From an uncultured Actinomycetes bacterium (lineage in GTDB: Bacteria; Actinomycetota; Acidimicrobiia; Acidimicrobiales; RAAP-2): a stretch of DNA of 64,000 nucleotides. Shown here one piece after another: positions 16,594 through 26,381 of the stretch; position 1 is the first letter of the stretch, and each line of letters starts with the position of its first letter. The notes below the pieces were generated by a model. That model was not told the origin of the DNA. It worked only from the letters and a program-made list of their open reading frames with translations, and searched no databases. The translations under genes and the position numbers were made by a program. The DNA is taken from contig CAIKAC010000023.1 of assembly GCA_903825305.1 (NCBI GenBank), positions 20,464-84,463 on the forward strand, in the 5' to 3' direction.

Positions 16594-18567
16594 ATGACCC
16601 CCCAAACCACCGTCCGTTTGCCCGACGGCTCCGTTCGCGACCTCGAAGTTGGCGCCACGGGAGCTGATCTCGCGGCCTCGATTGGCAAGAGATTGGCCAA
16701 AGACGCGCTCGCCGTTGTCGTCGATGGTCACGAGACCGACCTCAGCATTTCACTTCCTGATGGTGCGAGCGTCGAAATTGTGACGCCGACCACATCGCGT
16801 GGCCGTGACATATTGCGTCACTCAACAGCCCATGTGCTGGCTCAAGCAGTATTGCGATTGTGGCCCGGCGCAAAATTTGCCATTGGTCCCGTGATTGAAG
16901 ACGGCTTTTACTACGACTTTGATTTGCCAGGGGGTGCACACTTCTCGGATGACGATCTGGTGCGTATCGAAGCCGAGATGCGCGCCATTATCGAGGAGGA
17001 CCAGCCCTTTATCCGTGAAGAGCATGGAATTGAAGAGGGATTGACGCTGTTCGCCGAGCAGCCCTACAAGAGCGAAATTATCGTCAAAGTTTCATCGGGT
17101 GAAGATGAGGTTGATGCGCTCCCTGGGGCGACGACGGTCAGCACGTATCGAAATTCTGAGTTGTTTACTGACTTGTGCCGTGGCCCCCATGTTCCATCGA
17201 CGGGTCGACTTGGTCACTTCAAATTGATGCGCGTTGCTGGTGCGTATTGGAGAGGTGACGTTTCTCGACCGCAGCTACAGCGAATTTATGGCACGGCCTT
17301 TGAATCGAAGCAAGCGCTCGAGGAACACCTGTTCCGGCTCGAAGAAGCGGAACGGCGCGACCATCGCGTGCTTGGAGCACAGTTGGATCTGTTTAGTTTC
17401 CCTGACGAAGTTGGTCCTGGCCTAGCTGTGTTCCATCCCAAGGGCGGCATCGTTCGACGAGTGATGGAGGAGTACTCGCGCAGTCGCCACGAGCGAGAAG
17501 GCTATGAGTTCGTCTATACGCCCCACGTCTCCAAATCAGACCTCTTCGAAATTTCAGGTCACCTGGGTTGGTATGCGGACGCGATGTATCCACCAATGGA
17601 GCTCGATGACGGTCAGCGTTACTACCTGAAGCCGATGAACTGTCCGTTTCACATTTTGATTTACCGCTCACGGCAACGCTCGTATCGAGAACTGCCCCTG
17701 CGCTTCTTCGAATTCGGTTCGGTGTATCGCTATGAACTTTCGGGCGCGGTTCACGGCCTCACGCGCGTTCGGGGGATGACCCAAGATGACGCCCATATCT
17801 TCTGCACCCGGGAGCAGATGCAGGCTGAACTGACCAGCGTATTGAGTTTCGTTCTCGATTTGTTGCGAGCTTTTGGTCTCCAAGACTTCTACCTCGAACT
17901 GTCGACGAAGCCCGAAGGCAAAGCAGTGGGCTCAGATGAAGACTGGTCCGTTGCCACCGAAACCTTGGCCACGGTGGCCGAAGGAGCAGGGCTGACCTTG
18001 GTGCTCGACGAAGGAGGAGGCGCCTTCTATGGCCCTAAGATCTCCGTACAAGCCCGAGATGCCATTGGTCGTACCCATCAGATGTCCACCATTCAGCTGG
18101 ACTTTCAGCTGCCCCAACGTTTCGAAATGGAGTACGTGGGAGCCGACAATCAGCGCCATCGACCCATCATGATCCACCGAGCCTTGTTTGGTTCTGTGGA
18201 GCGTTTCATGGCCATCTTGGTTGAGCACTACGCGGGTGCATTGCCTACGTGGCTCAGTCCAGAGCAGGTTCGAGTGCTGCCGGTGCGCGATGACCACGAC
18301 GCTTATTGCCGAGACATTGCTCGAACCATGACCGGCGAGGGACTCAGAGTGAGCGTTGATGAAGCATCTGAACCTCTCGGCGCGCGCATTCGACGCGCCA
18401 AGCTCGACAAAGTGCCCTATGTCTTAGTTGCGGGCGACGCTGACCTTGAGAACCAGACTGTCGGAGTAAACCGACGAGGACATGCTGATCCTGAACGAGA
18501 CGTCTCAGTTGCTGCCTTCATCGCCGATGCACTCCGTGATGTTGCTAATCACGGGATTGACGCCTAA
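16594..18567 (+). CDS. thrS: threonine--tRNA ligase
   Basis: TGS domain, second additional domain (HSTAHVLAQAV), class II core and anticodon-binding domain. I chose the ATG at 16594, which is preceded by GAAAGG; the longest ORF starts at GTG 16573. Confidence 0.95.
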   Translation: MTPQTTVRLPDGSVRDLEVGATGADLAASIGKRLAKDALAVVVDGHETDLSISLPDGASVEIVTPTTSRGRDILRHSTAHVLAQAVLRLWPGAKFAIGPVIEDGFYYDFDLPGGAHFSDDDLVRIEAEMRAIIEEDQPFIREEHGIEEGLTLFAEQPYKSEIIVKVSSGEDEVDALPGATTVSTYRNSELFTDLCRGPHVPSTGRLGHFKLMRVAGAYWRGDVSRPQLQRIYGTAFESKQALEEHLFRLEEAERRDHRVLGAQLDLFSFPDEVGPGLAVFHPKGGIVRRVMEEYSRSRHEREGYEFVYTPHVSKSDLFEISGHLGWYADAMYPPMELDDGQRYYLKPMNCPFHILIYRSRQRSYRELPLRFFEFGSVYRYELSGAVHGLTRVRGMTQDDAHIFCTREQMQAELTSVLSFVLDLLRAFGLQDFYLELSTKPEGKAVGSDEDWSVATETLATVAEGAGLTLVLDEGGGAFYGPKISVQARDAIGRTHQMSTIQLDFQLPQRFEMEYVGADNQRHRPIMIHRALFGSVERFMAILVEHYAGALPTWLSPEQVRVLPVRDDHDAYCRDIARTMTGEGLRVSVDEASEPLGARIRRAKLDKVPYVLVAGDADLENQTVGVNRRGHADPERDVSVAAFIADALRDVANHGIDA

Positions 18568-19070
18568 TGCCGCTTGATCGACTTGGTGCTGCCTGGCGAC
18601 AGCACTACATCGAAACCGCCGCACATAAGCCAGTTGGGGATCGGGCCTGTGTGTTCTGTGGCTTGATTGCTGAGGGGGTGAGTGAACGGACGGGCATTGT
18701 GGCTATCGAAGATGGCAGTTGCGTGATCTTGAATGCCTATCCCTATGGATCCGGTCACTTGTTGATTTTGCCGCTTCGCCATGGTGGAGATCTCAGCACC
18801 TTGGAACCAAAAGAACAGGTCTCATTATTCTCAGCAGCTACGAAAGCGGTCGCCGCAGTGGAGAAGGCCTATCGACCAGACGGAGTAAACATGGGCGCCA
18901 ATTTGGGCCGTGCGGCAGGTGCAGGCATCCCTGAGCACCTGCACCTGCATGTGTTACCCCGTTGGAATGGCGATACCAACTTCATCACTACGATCGGCGA
19001 GGCCCGGGTGCTCCCTGAGTCGCTGGAAACGACCTATCACAAGGTCTCAGCCGCTTGGGCTGACTTATAG
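18567..19070 (+). CDS. HIT family protein (ortholog by position of mycobacterial Rv2613c Ap4A phosphorylase)
   Basis: Histidine triad HLHLHVLPRW, a TAATG overlap with thrS, and conserved thrS-HIT-pgsA1 synteny. Confidence 0.85.
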   Translation: MPLDRLGAAWRQHYIETAAHKPVGDRACVFCGLIAEGVSERTGIVAIEDGSCVILNAYPYGSGHLLILPLRHGGDLSTLEPKEQVSLFSAATKAVAAVEKAYRPDGVNMGANLGRAAGAGIPEHLHLHVLPRWNGDTNFITTIGEARVLPESLETTYHKVSAAWADL

Positions 19071-19168
19071 CGATCCGATACAAAGGTCTCAATCACTGAT
19101 ATCCTTGAACCACGGTCAGGAATGGCCCGCACGGCTCATCATGCGTGCGCAAGGAGGATGTTCTCTCG

Positions 19169-19963
19169 ATGTTTGATGGACGCTGGCGAGGGGCTGTGGA
19201 TGCCCGAACCGCCCCAATTGGCTCATGGCTCACTCGTCATGGCATTACTGCTGACGTACTGACCGCGACTGGCTTGGTTTCGGCTGCGGCAACCGCCGTT
19301 GCCATCGGTGCCGGGTATTTTCTGCTGGCAATCTTTCTTCTCACCTTGACGGGTGCACACGACTTGTTCGATGGCCCTGTGGCCAAGGCCTCGGGTACCG
19401 CGTCCATTCGAGGGGCCTTTTTTGACTCGGTTACCGATCGCGTGGCCGACGCCCTCTTGATGGGTGGTTGTGCTTGGTATCTGATTTCCGCCAACGAGGG
19501 CCGACTGATCATGATTCCTCTCGCCATTATGGCGGTGACGGCCCTCATTTCTTACGAGCGCGCAAAAGCTGAGACGCTTGGCATTCCCGCCAAGGGTGGC
19601 TTGATGGAGCGCGCCGAACGCATGATCTTGCTCGGCGTGGCGCTCTTGGGTCACGCGGTGTTTGTGCCGGTGCTCATCATCATGCTGGCCTTGACGTCGC
19701 TTACCGCTGCTGGTCGATTTGTTCGAATCTGGCAAGCAGCGTCTGCTCCCGATCAGAAGTGGGCCATCAAGCGTCGCAACGAGCTTTCAGAGGCGCGACT
19801 TCGCGAATGGCGCAATCGTCCTGGCGCAACGCGTCGCCGAGAACGACGTACTACTCCACCCGCTTGGCGTTCGCGTATCGCGCGTGAGCGCAGTGACACG
19901 ATGGCCACCCCTTCGGGTCGGTGGACGTGGCGTCGTGGTGAATCTTCACGTTCTCAGCAATAG
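19169..19963 (+). CDS. pgsA1: CDP-alcohol phosphatidyltransferase (phosphatidylinositol phosphate synthase, PgsA1-like) with an Arg-rich C-terminal extension
   Basis: CDP-OH transferase motif DLFDGPVAKASGTASIRGAFFDSVTDRVAD, plus synteny with Rv2612c. I chose the ATG at 19169, which follows AAGGAGG. Confidence 0.8.
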   Translation: MFDGRWRGAVDARTAPIGSWLTRHGITADVLTATGLVSAAATAVAIGAGYFLLAIFLLTLTGAHDLFDGPVAKASGTASIRGAFFDSVTDRVADALLMGGCAWYLISANEGRLIMIPLAIMAVTALISYERAKAETLGIPAKGGLMERAERMILLGVALLGHAVFVPVLIIMLALTSLTAAGRFVRIWQAASAPDQKWAIKRRNELSEARLREWRNRPGATRRRERRTTPPAWRSRIARERSDTMATPSGRWTWRRGESSRSQQ

Positions 19964-19975
19964 GTTCGGACCTCG

Positions 19976-20875
19976 ATGAGTAACGCAAGGGGCACCAGAT
20001 GGGTGCTGCGTGGTGGACTTTCGGCGGCCAGATATGTTCCGATCAATGTGGCTGTCGCCATCGGCCAAAGCTTGGGCTGGGCGGCATCATGGTTTCCATC
20101 GGATACTCGTCGTCGAGTGGCGCTGAACTTAAAGACGGTGATGGCGTATCGCGGAGAACATTTGACACCACCCCACCACAAGCGTCTGGTGCGAAAGGCC
20201 TTTGCGAGCTATGGCCGATACTACGCAGAGGCGGCAACACTTCCCGGGGCATCGCAAGCACGCATCCTTGCCGGTATCGAATGGGAGTCTGGCGAAGACA
20301 TTTTGCGCACCGCATGGCAAGAGGGCAATGGCGTCGTGTTGGCCCTGCCCCATGTGGGCAGCTGGGAGTGGGGTGGTTCTATGTTGGGCCTCACGATGAC
20401 GCCCATGGTGGCCGCTGCTGAGGTGCTTGAGCCGCCCGAGCTCTTTGCTTGGTTTAAACAAGGCCGCGAACGTATCGGTATTGACGTCGAGGGTCTCGAC
20501 GCATCCATTGGAAGTCGACTGATGAAGCATCTACGCGATGGACGCGTCGTGGGTTTGCTGTGTGATCGAGACCTTACTCACGATGGCATTGCCGTTACGT
20601 TGCTTGGAGTCAAGACCACTATGCCCGCTGGACCGGCCATGTTGGCGCTTCGAACCGGAGCTGCCCTCGCCTGTGGCGTCGTCTACTCAGGACCTTCAAG
20701 TTCGCATCGAGCCAAAGTGGTGGGTCCCATCGACGCGACGCGAAAGGGAAGTCTGCGAGAAGATGTGGCGCGGGTAACGCAGCTCATCGCTGATCAACTG
20801 AGTGAACTGATCGCCGCCAAACCAGAGCAATGGCACGTGTTTGCCGAAACGATTGGAGCCACCGATGGCTCTTGA
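19976..20875 (+). CDS. phosphatidylinositol mannoside acyltransferase (LpxL/HtrB-type lipid A biosynthesis acyltransferase family)
   Basis: Aligns with M. tuberculosis Rv2611c (VLALPHVGSWEWGG, LLCDRDLT, MPAGPAMLALRTGAAL), and the synteny matches. Confidence 0.8.
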   Translation: MSNARGTRWVLRGGLSAARYVPINVAVAIGQSLGWAASWFPSDTRRRVALNLKTVMAYRGEHLTPPHHKRLVRKAFASYGRYYAEAATLPGASQARILAGIEWESGEDILRTAWQEGNGVVLALPHVGSWEWGGSMLGLTMTPMVAAAEVLEPPELFAWFKQGRERIGIDVEGLDASIGSRLMKHLRDGRVVGLLCDRDLTHDGIAVTLLGVKTTMPAGPAMLALRTGAALACGVVYSGPSSSHRAKVVGPIDATRKGSLREDVARVTQLIADQLSELIAAKPEQWHVFAETIGATDGS

Positions 20876-21950
20876 TGTGTTGATGGTGTGTCCCTATGAC
20901 GTTGCGGTTCCTGGAGGAGTACAGAATCAGGCGATGGCGATGAGTCGGGAACTCGTGCGTCGAGGCTATCGCGTGGGCTTGTTCAGTCCAGGTCATCAGG
21001 TGGATGAGGCACTGGTGAGCGAAGGCATTGACCACCTCGTGGCAGGAACAGTTCGATCCGTCGCTGCCAATGGCTCTAATGCTCCGATCACGTTGTCTTA
21101 TGGCCAAGTGCGAGCAGCAAGCCGACGTATCGACCTTGCGGCCAATGCGGTGATCCACATTCACGAACCCATCGCTCCGGTCATGGCCTGGCCCCTCCTA
21201 GCGAGGCATCAGCGAGCCACGGTCGCAACGCTGCATCGCTCGGGGGTTGATCGGGCCTATCGGGTGGCGGGCAGCGTATTACAACGTCGGCTGGCTCGTC
21301 TCGACGCCGTGTGTTCGGTGAGTGAAGCGGCACGGCGCACGGGACAAGCAGCCATGGGCCTCGAAAGTCAGGTCTTGTTCAATGGTGTGGATCTTCACGG
21401 TATCGACGTAGCGAATGCATGGACAAAAACTGGACCGACCGTGATGTTTGTTGGACGAGACGAGCCACGCAAAGGTCGCGATGTGCTGCTTGAAGCCGCG
21501 ACATTGTTACCCCACACGGTGACGCTTTGGGTGACGGGACACGCTCCCGAGGGCTTCGAATCTCGGGGAGCACGGGTTGAGTTTCTCGGAGTCATAGATG
21601 AAGCGGAAAAGGCATCTCGCCTCCGAGCTGCTGATGTGCTGTGTGCGCCATCGCTCGGAGGGGAGTCCTTTGGCATCGTACTGATTGAAGGGTTGGCCGC
21701 TTCGTGCGCGGTGGTGGCGTCAGATATCGATGGATACCGGCAAGCGCTGTCAGGACACGGCGTGTTAGTCCCGCCTTCGAACCCCCAAGTCTTGGCAGAG
21801 GCGCTTTCATTGGCCCTACGCCCCGATTCAGTTTCGCGAGAAGCGGGAAAGACTTATGCAGCTTCGTGGTCTGTGGCCAATCTTGTTACTTCCTACGAAG
21901 CCGTCTACGAGACAGCGAGATCGCGGTTTCACCATCGCGTCACCGCCTAG
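20865..21950 (+). CDS. pimA: GT4 glycosyltransferase, probable phosphatidylinositol alpha-mannosyltransferase
   Basis: GT-B/GT4 features (GGVQNQ, EPRKG, C-terminal ESFGIVLIEGLA), plus synteny with Rv2610c. The ATG at 20865 overlaps the upstream gene by 11 nt. Confidence 0.8.
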   Translation: MALDVLMVCPYDVAVPGGVQNQAMAMSRELVRRGYRVGLFSPGHQVDEALVSEGIDHLVAGTVRSVAANGSNAPITLSYGQVRAASRRIDLAANAVIHIHEPIAPVMAWPLLARHQRATVATLHRSGVDRAYRVAGSVLQRRLARLDAVCSVSEAARRTGQAAMGLESQVLFNGVDLHGIDVANAWTKTGPTVMFVGRDEPRKGRDVLLEAATLLPHTVTLWVTGHAPEGFESRGARVEFLGVIDEAEKASRLRAADVLCAPSLGGESFGIVLIEGLAASCAVVASDIDGYRQALSGHGVLVPPSNPQVLAEALSLALRPDSVSREAGKTYAASWSVANLVTSYEAVYETARSRFHHRVTA

Positions 21951-21961
21951 ATTGGATCCCT

Positions 21962-22885
21962 ATGGCACAGAGCACCTCAAAAAGCCGCGGAAACTCCGGA
22001 GGGAATCGTCGTTCGCGCGGTCGGGGCCGTCAGAACATGCGTCACGCTGAACGACCACTATCAGCCATTGCCCCTTCAGAAATGCTCCATGGCCCCTTGA
22101 CACGGATTGACGACACGCGACGCCGCAATCATCGTTGGCCGATGCTGGCGTATCTCGGATTCGGCGTGATCTTCGGTCTGGTGGGAGCACTTATATGTCT
22201 GCCCATCTCCATGGTCGCGTTTATACCGCTCGGGGTGCTCATTACCTTGTTCGTTGCATGGCTGCTCTCGAAATGGGCTCCCGGTGGACCAGGTCGAGTG
22301 ATTGGTGGTGCTTCTGTCCAGCTCGGCCAATTGCCTCGAGTAGATGTTTTGCTTGACGCGCTTTCCACCAGTTTTGGGGTCATGACACCTGGCATCACCA
22401 TCTTGGATGATCCGGTGAGAAACGCCGGTATCTATGGGAACAGGATGGCGCCGACCATTGTCGTGACCACTGGTTTGTTGTCAAGTCTTGATCTGATTGA
22501 ACTCGAAGGCGTGCTTGCCCACCTGCTTGCCCATGAGCGACTCGATGCGGTGCAGCGCGGAAGTGCAGGCGCAGGTTTGGCATTACTGCTCGGCCCCGTG
22601 GGCCAAAAGGCTTCCGTTGCGCACCGGCTCACCGGCAGGAACCGATTGTGGGAGGCCGACGAAATTGCTGTTTTGACTGTTCGCTACCCCAAGGGTTTGG
22701 CAGCAGCTCTGCTCAAGATTGAGAATGGCCCACTTCCCGAGGCGAATTCGTTTTTTGCTTCGCGCTACTACGCATCATTGCGCTGGCTCTTTATCGATCC
22801 GTCCATCCTCCGACGCAGCGACGAGGAGATCATCGGGGATCTTGATGCCACGTCCGTTCGCCGCCGAGCCTTGAACGAACGCTAA
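21962..22885 (+). CDS. M48 (HtpX-like) peptidase homolog with a degenerate active site (HLLAH instead of HEXXH), membrane protein
   Basis: Arg/Gly-rich N-terminus and two TM segments, followed by an M48-like core: IVVTTGLLSSLDLIELEGVLAHLLAHERLD and EADEIAVLTVRYPKGLAAALLKIENG. I chose the ATG at 21962, just after the pimA stop; the longer ORF from 21704 overlaps pimA. Confidence 0.65.
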   Translation: MAQSTSKSRGNSGGNRRSRGRGRQNMRHAERPLSAIAPSEMLHGPLTRIDDTRRRNHRWPMLAYLGFGVIFGLVGALICLPISMVAFIPLGVLITLFVAWLLSKWAPGGPGRVIGGASVQLGQLPRVDVLLDALSTSFGVMTPGITILDDPVRNAGIYGNRMAPTIVVTTGLLSSLDLIELEGVLAHLLAHERLDAVQRGSAGAGLALLLGPVGQKASVAHRLTGRNRLWEADEIAVLTVRYPKGLAAALLKIENGPLPEANSFFASRYYASLRWLFIDPSILRRSDEEIIGDLDATSVRRRALNER

Positions 22886-22920
22886 ACACGACATTTGTAG
22901 TCACCTATTAGGATGGATTC

Positions 22921-23826
22921 ATGAGTTCAGACTCCAACACCCAAAATTCCCGTACCACTGGCACCTTCCGTGTAAAGCGTGGGCTCGCAGACATGTTGCG
23001 CGGTGGCGTCATCATGGACGTGGTCAACCCCACGCAGGCCAAAATCGCTGAAGATGCTGGCGCCGTGGCGGTCATGGCGCTCGAGCGCGTTCCTTCTGAC
23101 ATTCGTCGAGATGGTGGCGTCGCACGCATGAGCGATCCCCAAATGATTGTGGAGATCCAAGAAGCAGTCACCATTCCCGTGATGGCCAAAGCTCGTATCG
23201 GCCACTTTGCAGAAGCGCAGATCTTGGCGTCTTTGGACGTGGACTACATCGATGAGTCTGAAGTGTTGACTCCAGCTGACGAGGCCAACCACATCGATAA
23301 GTGGGCTTTTGAGGTTCCCTTCGTATGTGGAGCCACCAACCTGGGAGAAGCGCTGCGCCGCATCTCTGAAGGCGCGTGCATGATTCGCTCCAAGGGTGAA
23401 GCGGGAACCGGCAACGTGGTCGAAGCAGTGCGCCACCTTCGCTCCATCATGGGGGACATCAAGAAAATTGGTGTAGCCGATGAGGTCGAGTTGTACCAGT
23501 GGGCCAAGGAGCTCCGCGCTCCGATTGAGGCCATCCAAGAGATCGCTGAGACGGGAAAGCTTCCGGTTCCCATGTTCTGTGCGGGTGGGATTTCCACGCC
23601 AGCTGACGCGAGTTTGGTGATGCAACTTGGTGCCGAGGCGTGCTTCGTTGGATCCGGTATCTTCAAGAGCTCACAGCCTGAACTGATGGCGCGAGCCATT
23701 GTGGAAGCAACGACTCATTACGAGGACGCTTCGGTTGTGGCCAAGGTGTCTACCGGTCTCGGCGAGGCAATGAAGGGCCTCGAAGTTGCAACCTTGGAGA
23801 CTCGTTTGGCCGAACGCGGCTGGTAA
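22921..23826 (+). CDS. pdxS: pyridoxal 5'-phosphate synthase lyase subunit PdxS
   Basis: Highly conserved PdxS sequence ([42 protein letters not shown]). Confidence 0.95.
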   Translation: MSSDSNTQNSRTTGTFRVKRGLADMLRGGVIMDVVNPTQAKIAEDAGAVAVMALERVPSDIRRDGGVARMSDPQMIVEIQEAVTIPVMAKARIGHFAEAQILASLDVDYIDESEVLTPADEANHIDKWAFEVPFVCGATNLGEALRRISEGACMIRSKGEAGTGNVVEAVRHLRSIMGDIKKIGVADEVELYQWAKELRAPIEAIQEIAETGKLPVPMFCAGGISTPADASLVMQLGAEACFVGSGIFKSSQPELMARAIVEATTHYEDASVVAKVSTGLGEAMKGLEVATLETRLAERGW

Positions 23827-23831
23827 GTAGC

Positions 23832-24437
23832 GTGAAGGTAGGCGTGCTGGCTCTGCAAGGCGATGTGCGTGAGCATGCGGCGGCATTAGAGAAGCTTGGC
23901 CACGAAGTTGTTCTCGTCAAGCGTCCAGAACACTTCGAGGATCTTGCAGCCATGGTGTTGCCTGGCGGGGAATCCACCACCTTGTCCATGCTGCTTGACA
24001 GCTCGGGAGTGCGCGACCCCTTGGAAGCTTGGGTGCAGGGAAATCGACCAACGTTTGGCACCTGTGCTGGTCTTGTCATGCTGGCTTCGACCGTGGAAGA
24101 CGGAAGAAGCGACCAAAAGACGATGGCTGGACTTGGCATCAGTGCTCGACGCAACGGTTATGGCCGACAGCGGTTCAGTTTTGAGACCCTGGCGGCGATT
24201 CCTGCCTTGGGCGAACCCATGGAAGCGGTCTTCATCCGTGCACCACGCATCACGTCGGTGGCAGACGACACCGAAGTGCTGGCAACGATTGACACCGATC
24301 ATGGGGCAGAACCCGTCGCGGTGAGGCGAGGCAACGTGATTGCGTGCTCGTTTCACCCCGAGCTCACCGACGACACAAGATTCCATGCACTGCTCATGGA
24401 AATTGCTCGTTCTGCCAGCGGCGCCGAGGATCACTAG
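23832..24437 (+). CDS. pdxT: pyridoxal 5'-phosphate synthase glutaminase subunit PdxT
   Basis: VGVLALQGDVREH and GTCAG (catalytic Cys) with FHPE, immediately downstream of pdxS. Confidence 0.9.
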   Translation: MKVGVLALQGDVREHAAALEKLGHEVVLVKRPEHFEDLAAMVLPGGESTTLSMLLDSSGVRDPLEAWVQGNRPTFGTCAGLVMLASTVEDGRSDQKTMAGLGISARRNGYGRQRFSFETLAAIPALGEPMEAVFIRAPRITSVADDTEVLATIDTDHGAEPVAVRRGNVIACSFHPELTDDTRFHALLMEIARSASGAEDH

Positions 24438-24490
24438 CATCAAGGGCAACTTTGGGAGCCGAAACGCGGCTTTCATGGGAAAGGATTACC

Positions 24491-25240
24491 GTGTCAGGCC
24501 ACTCCAAATGGGCAACGACGAAACACAAGAAGGGTGCCAAAGACGCAGCCCGAGCTAAGTCGTTTGCGAAACTCATTCGTCAAGTCGAAGTAGCCGCTCG
24601 TGAAGGCGGAGGAGACCTTGCTTCCAATGCAAGTCTGCGCACCATGTACCAAAAGGCTCGTGACGCTTCCGTTCCGCTTGACACCATTGAGCGTGCGGTC
24701 AAACGGGGGACAGGTGAGCTCGAAGGTGTTCGCTATGAATCGGTGACCTATGAAGGCTATGGCGTTGGCGGCGTGGCCGTGATCGTAGAGACCTTGACCG
24801 ATAACCGCAATCGAACTGGTGCAGAGATGCGCAACATCTTTAAATCATCAGGTGGTTCGATGGCCGAACCCGGCGCAGTTTCTTGGCAGTTTGAACGCCG
24901 AGGAATCATGTTGTTTGACAAGGACATTGCCGAAGACACGCTTTTGGAAGCGGCGCTCGAGGCAGGAGCCGATGATGTCAGCGATGTGGGCGAACACTGG
25001 AAAGTGACCTGCGCGCCAAGCGATTTGCATGCGGTGCGCGATGCGCTCGAAGCCGCAGGTTTCACCCCTAGTTCAGCTGAAGCTTCGCTTGAGCCAACCC
25101 AGATGGTGGAAGTGGGTGATGCAGACGAAGCGAAGAAGGTACTTCGACTTCTTGACGCGATTGATGATCACGATGACGTTCAAGATGTCCACGCCAACTG
25201 CGATATTCCTGACGAGATTCTCGCAAGTTACGAGGGCTGA
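24491..25240 (+). CDS. yebC: YebC/PmpR family DNA-binding transcriptional regulator
   Basis: (V)SGHSKWATTKHKKGAKDAARAK N-terminus. I chose the GTG at 24491, preceded by GAAAGGA; the longer ORF from 24344 overlaps pdxT. Confidence 0.9.
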   Translation: MSGHSKWATTKHKKGAKDAARAKSFAKLIRQVEVAAREGGGDLASNASLRTMYQKARDASVPLDTIERAVKRGTGELEGVRYESVTYEGYGVGGVAVIVETLTDNRNRTGAEMRNIFKSSGGSMAEPGAVSWQFERRGIMLFDKDIAEDTLLEAALEAGADDVSDVGEHWKVTCAPSDLHAVRDALEAAGFTPSSAEASLEPTQMVEVGDADEAKKVLRLLDAIDDHDDVQDVHANCDIPDEILASYEG

Positions 25241-25287
25241 CAAGGCATCCTCGCATCGCGGTGCGTGGAGAGGGTACTATCGAACGC

Positions 25288-25794
25288 ATGTTCGTCTTAG
25301 GGATTGATCCTGGCCTCACGCGATGTGGCTTCGGGGTGGTAAAGCGCGCCGGCGGCACGCCACATTTCGAAGTTCTCACGGCTGGGCTGCTCGAGACGTC
25401 TGTGGAACAGCCAATGGAGCAGCGTTTGGCGACCCTGCATGGAGACATCGCAGCGCTCCTTGATGACACGAAGCCAGACGTCGTGGCGATCGAGAGAATC
25501 TTTTCGCAAGCGAACGTGAAGTCAGTGGTGTCGGTGGCGCAAGCTTCAGGCTTTGTCCTGGCCTTGGCCACCATGCGCAAGATTCCAATTGCCCAGTACT
25601 CGCCTAATGAGGTGAAACTCAATGTGGCGGGGTCTGGCTCGGCTGACAAACGAGACGTTCAAGACATGGTGGCCCGTCTTTGCGGCCTTGACATTGCGCC
25701 TTCGCCGCCCGACGTAGCTGATGCCATCGCGGTTGCGATCTGCCACCTTTCTGCGTCGCCATTGTTGAGCGCAGTTCACGCTGGTGAAGCATGA
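25288..25794 (+). CDS. ruvC: crossover junction endodeoxyribonuclease RuvC
   Basis: MFVLGIDPGLTRCGFGVV N-terminus and DVADAIAVAICH near the C-terminus. Confidence 0.9.
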   Translation: MFVLGIDPGLTRCGFGVVKRAGGTPHFEVLTAGLLETSVEQPMEQRLATLHGDIAALLDDTKPDVVAIERIFSQANVKSVVSVAQASGFVLALATMRKIPIAQYSPNEVKLNVAGSGSADKRDVQDMVARLCGLDIAPSPPDVADAIAVAICHLSASPLLSAVHAGEA

Positions 25795-26381
25795 TCGGTC
25801 TTGTTAGGGGAACCATCGCCAGTTTTGCTGGCAACAGTGTCATTATCGACACGGGGGGCGTGGGTTATCGCGTCACGCTCACCCCATCAACGATTGCGGC
25901 ACTGTCGAGTGAGACGGAGCCGGTAACGCTCTTTACCTACACCCATGTTCGTGAAGATGCCCTTGAGCTCTTTGGCTTTTTGAGTGATGCCGAGCGAGGC
26001 GTGTTTGAGACGCTCCTTGGTACTCACGGTGTAGGTCCATCGCTCGCTCTGTCTATTCTGGGCACGCTTGGCGCCAATGAAGTTGTCCGAGCCGTGCAAG
26101 ATCAGGACTCGTCGAGTTTTGAATTGGTTTCAGGCGTTGGGAAAAAGACTGCTGCTCGTTTGATTCTTGAGCTCCAAGGATCCATGGCCGCAACAAGCGT
26201 GATGCCGTCGAAGGTGGCTGGATTGAGCGGGGGGCCGACTACACGATCTGATGTAGCAGCGGCCCTCGAGGCACTGGGATATGCGATGGATGAAATTCAA
26301 GCCGCAACAGCGAGCCTCGACGGAACCGAGTCTGTGGAGCATGGGCTCCGCCTTGCACTCCAAGCGATGGGGTCACGATGA
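25791..26381 (+). CDS. ruvA: Holliday junction branch migration protein RuvA
   Basis: MIGLVRGT...GVGYRV and the HhH region LLGTHGVGPSLALSIL. ATGA overlaps on both sides. Confidence 0.9.
   Translation: MIGLVRGTIASFAGNSVIIDTGGVGYRVTLTPSTIAALSSETEPVTLFTYTHVREDALELFGFLSDAERGVFETLLGTHGVGPSLALSILGTLGANEVVRAVQDQDSSSFELVSGVGKKTAARLILELQGSMAATSVMPSKVAGLSGGPTTRSDVAAALEALGYAMDEIQAATASLDGTESVEHGLRLALQAMGSR

Noticed and set aside
19760-19963. An Arg/Trp-rich tail of about 65 aa on PgsA1, which might indicate a frameshift or a separate function.
   Set aside because: The frame is continuous in the given sequence, and the alternative-frame ORF (19719-19979) has no recognisable features. I cannot distinguish a real basic extension from a sequencing artefact without homologs.
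21704-21961. An 86-codon N-terminal extension of the M48-like ORF overlapping pimA. Similar extensions occur at 24344, 32908, 49547, 59450, 25261 and 16573.
   Set aside because: These are artefacts of calling the longest ORF. In each case an internal start just after the upstream stop gives a protein whose N-terminus matches the family, and the extension sequence looks non-coding.
22927-23625. A 232-aa ORF antisense to pdxS, with a second 151-aa antisense ORF at 23244-23699.
   Set aside because: It lies entirely opposite one of the most conserved genes in the window. Its composition is typical of antisense frames, there is no independent start or RBS support, and long antisense ORFs are expected by chance at this GC content.
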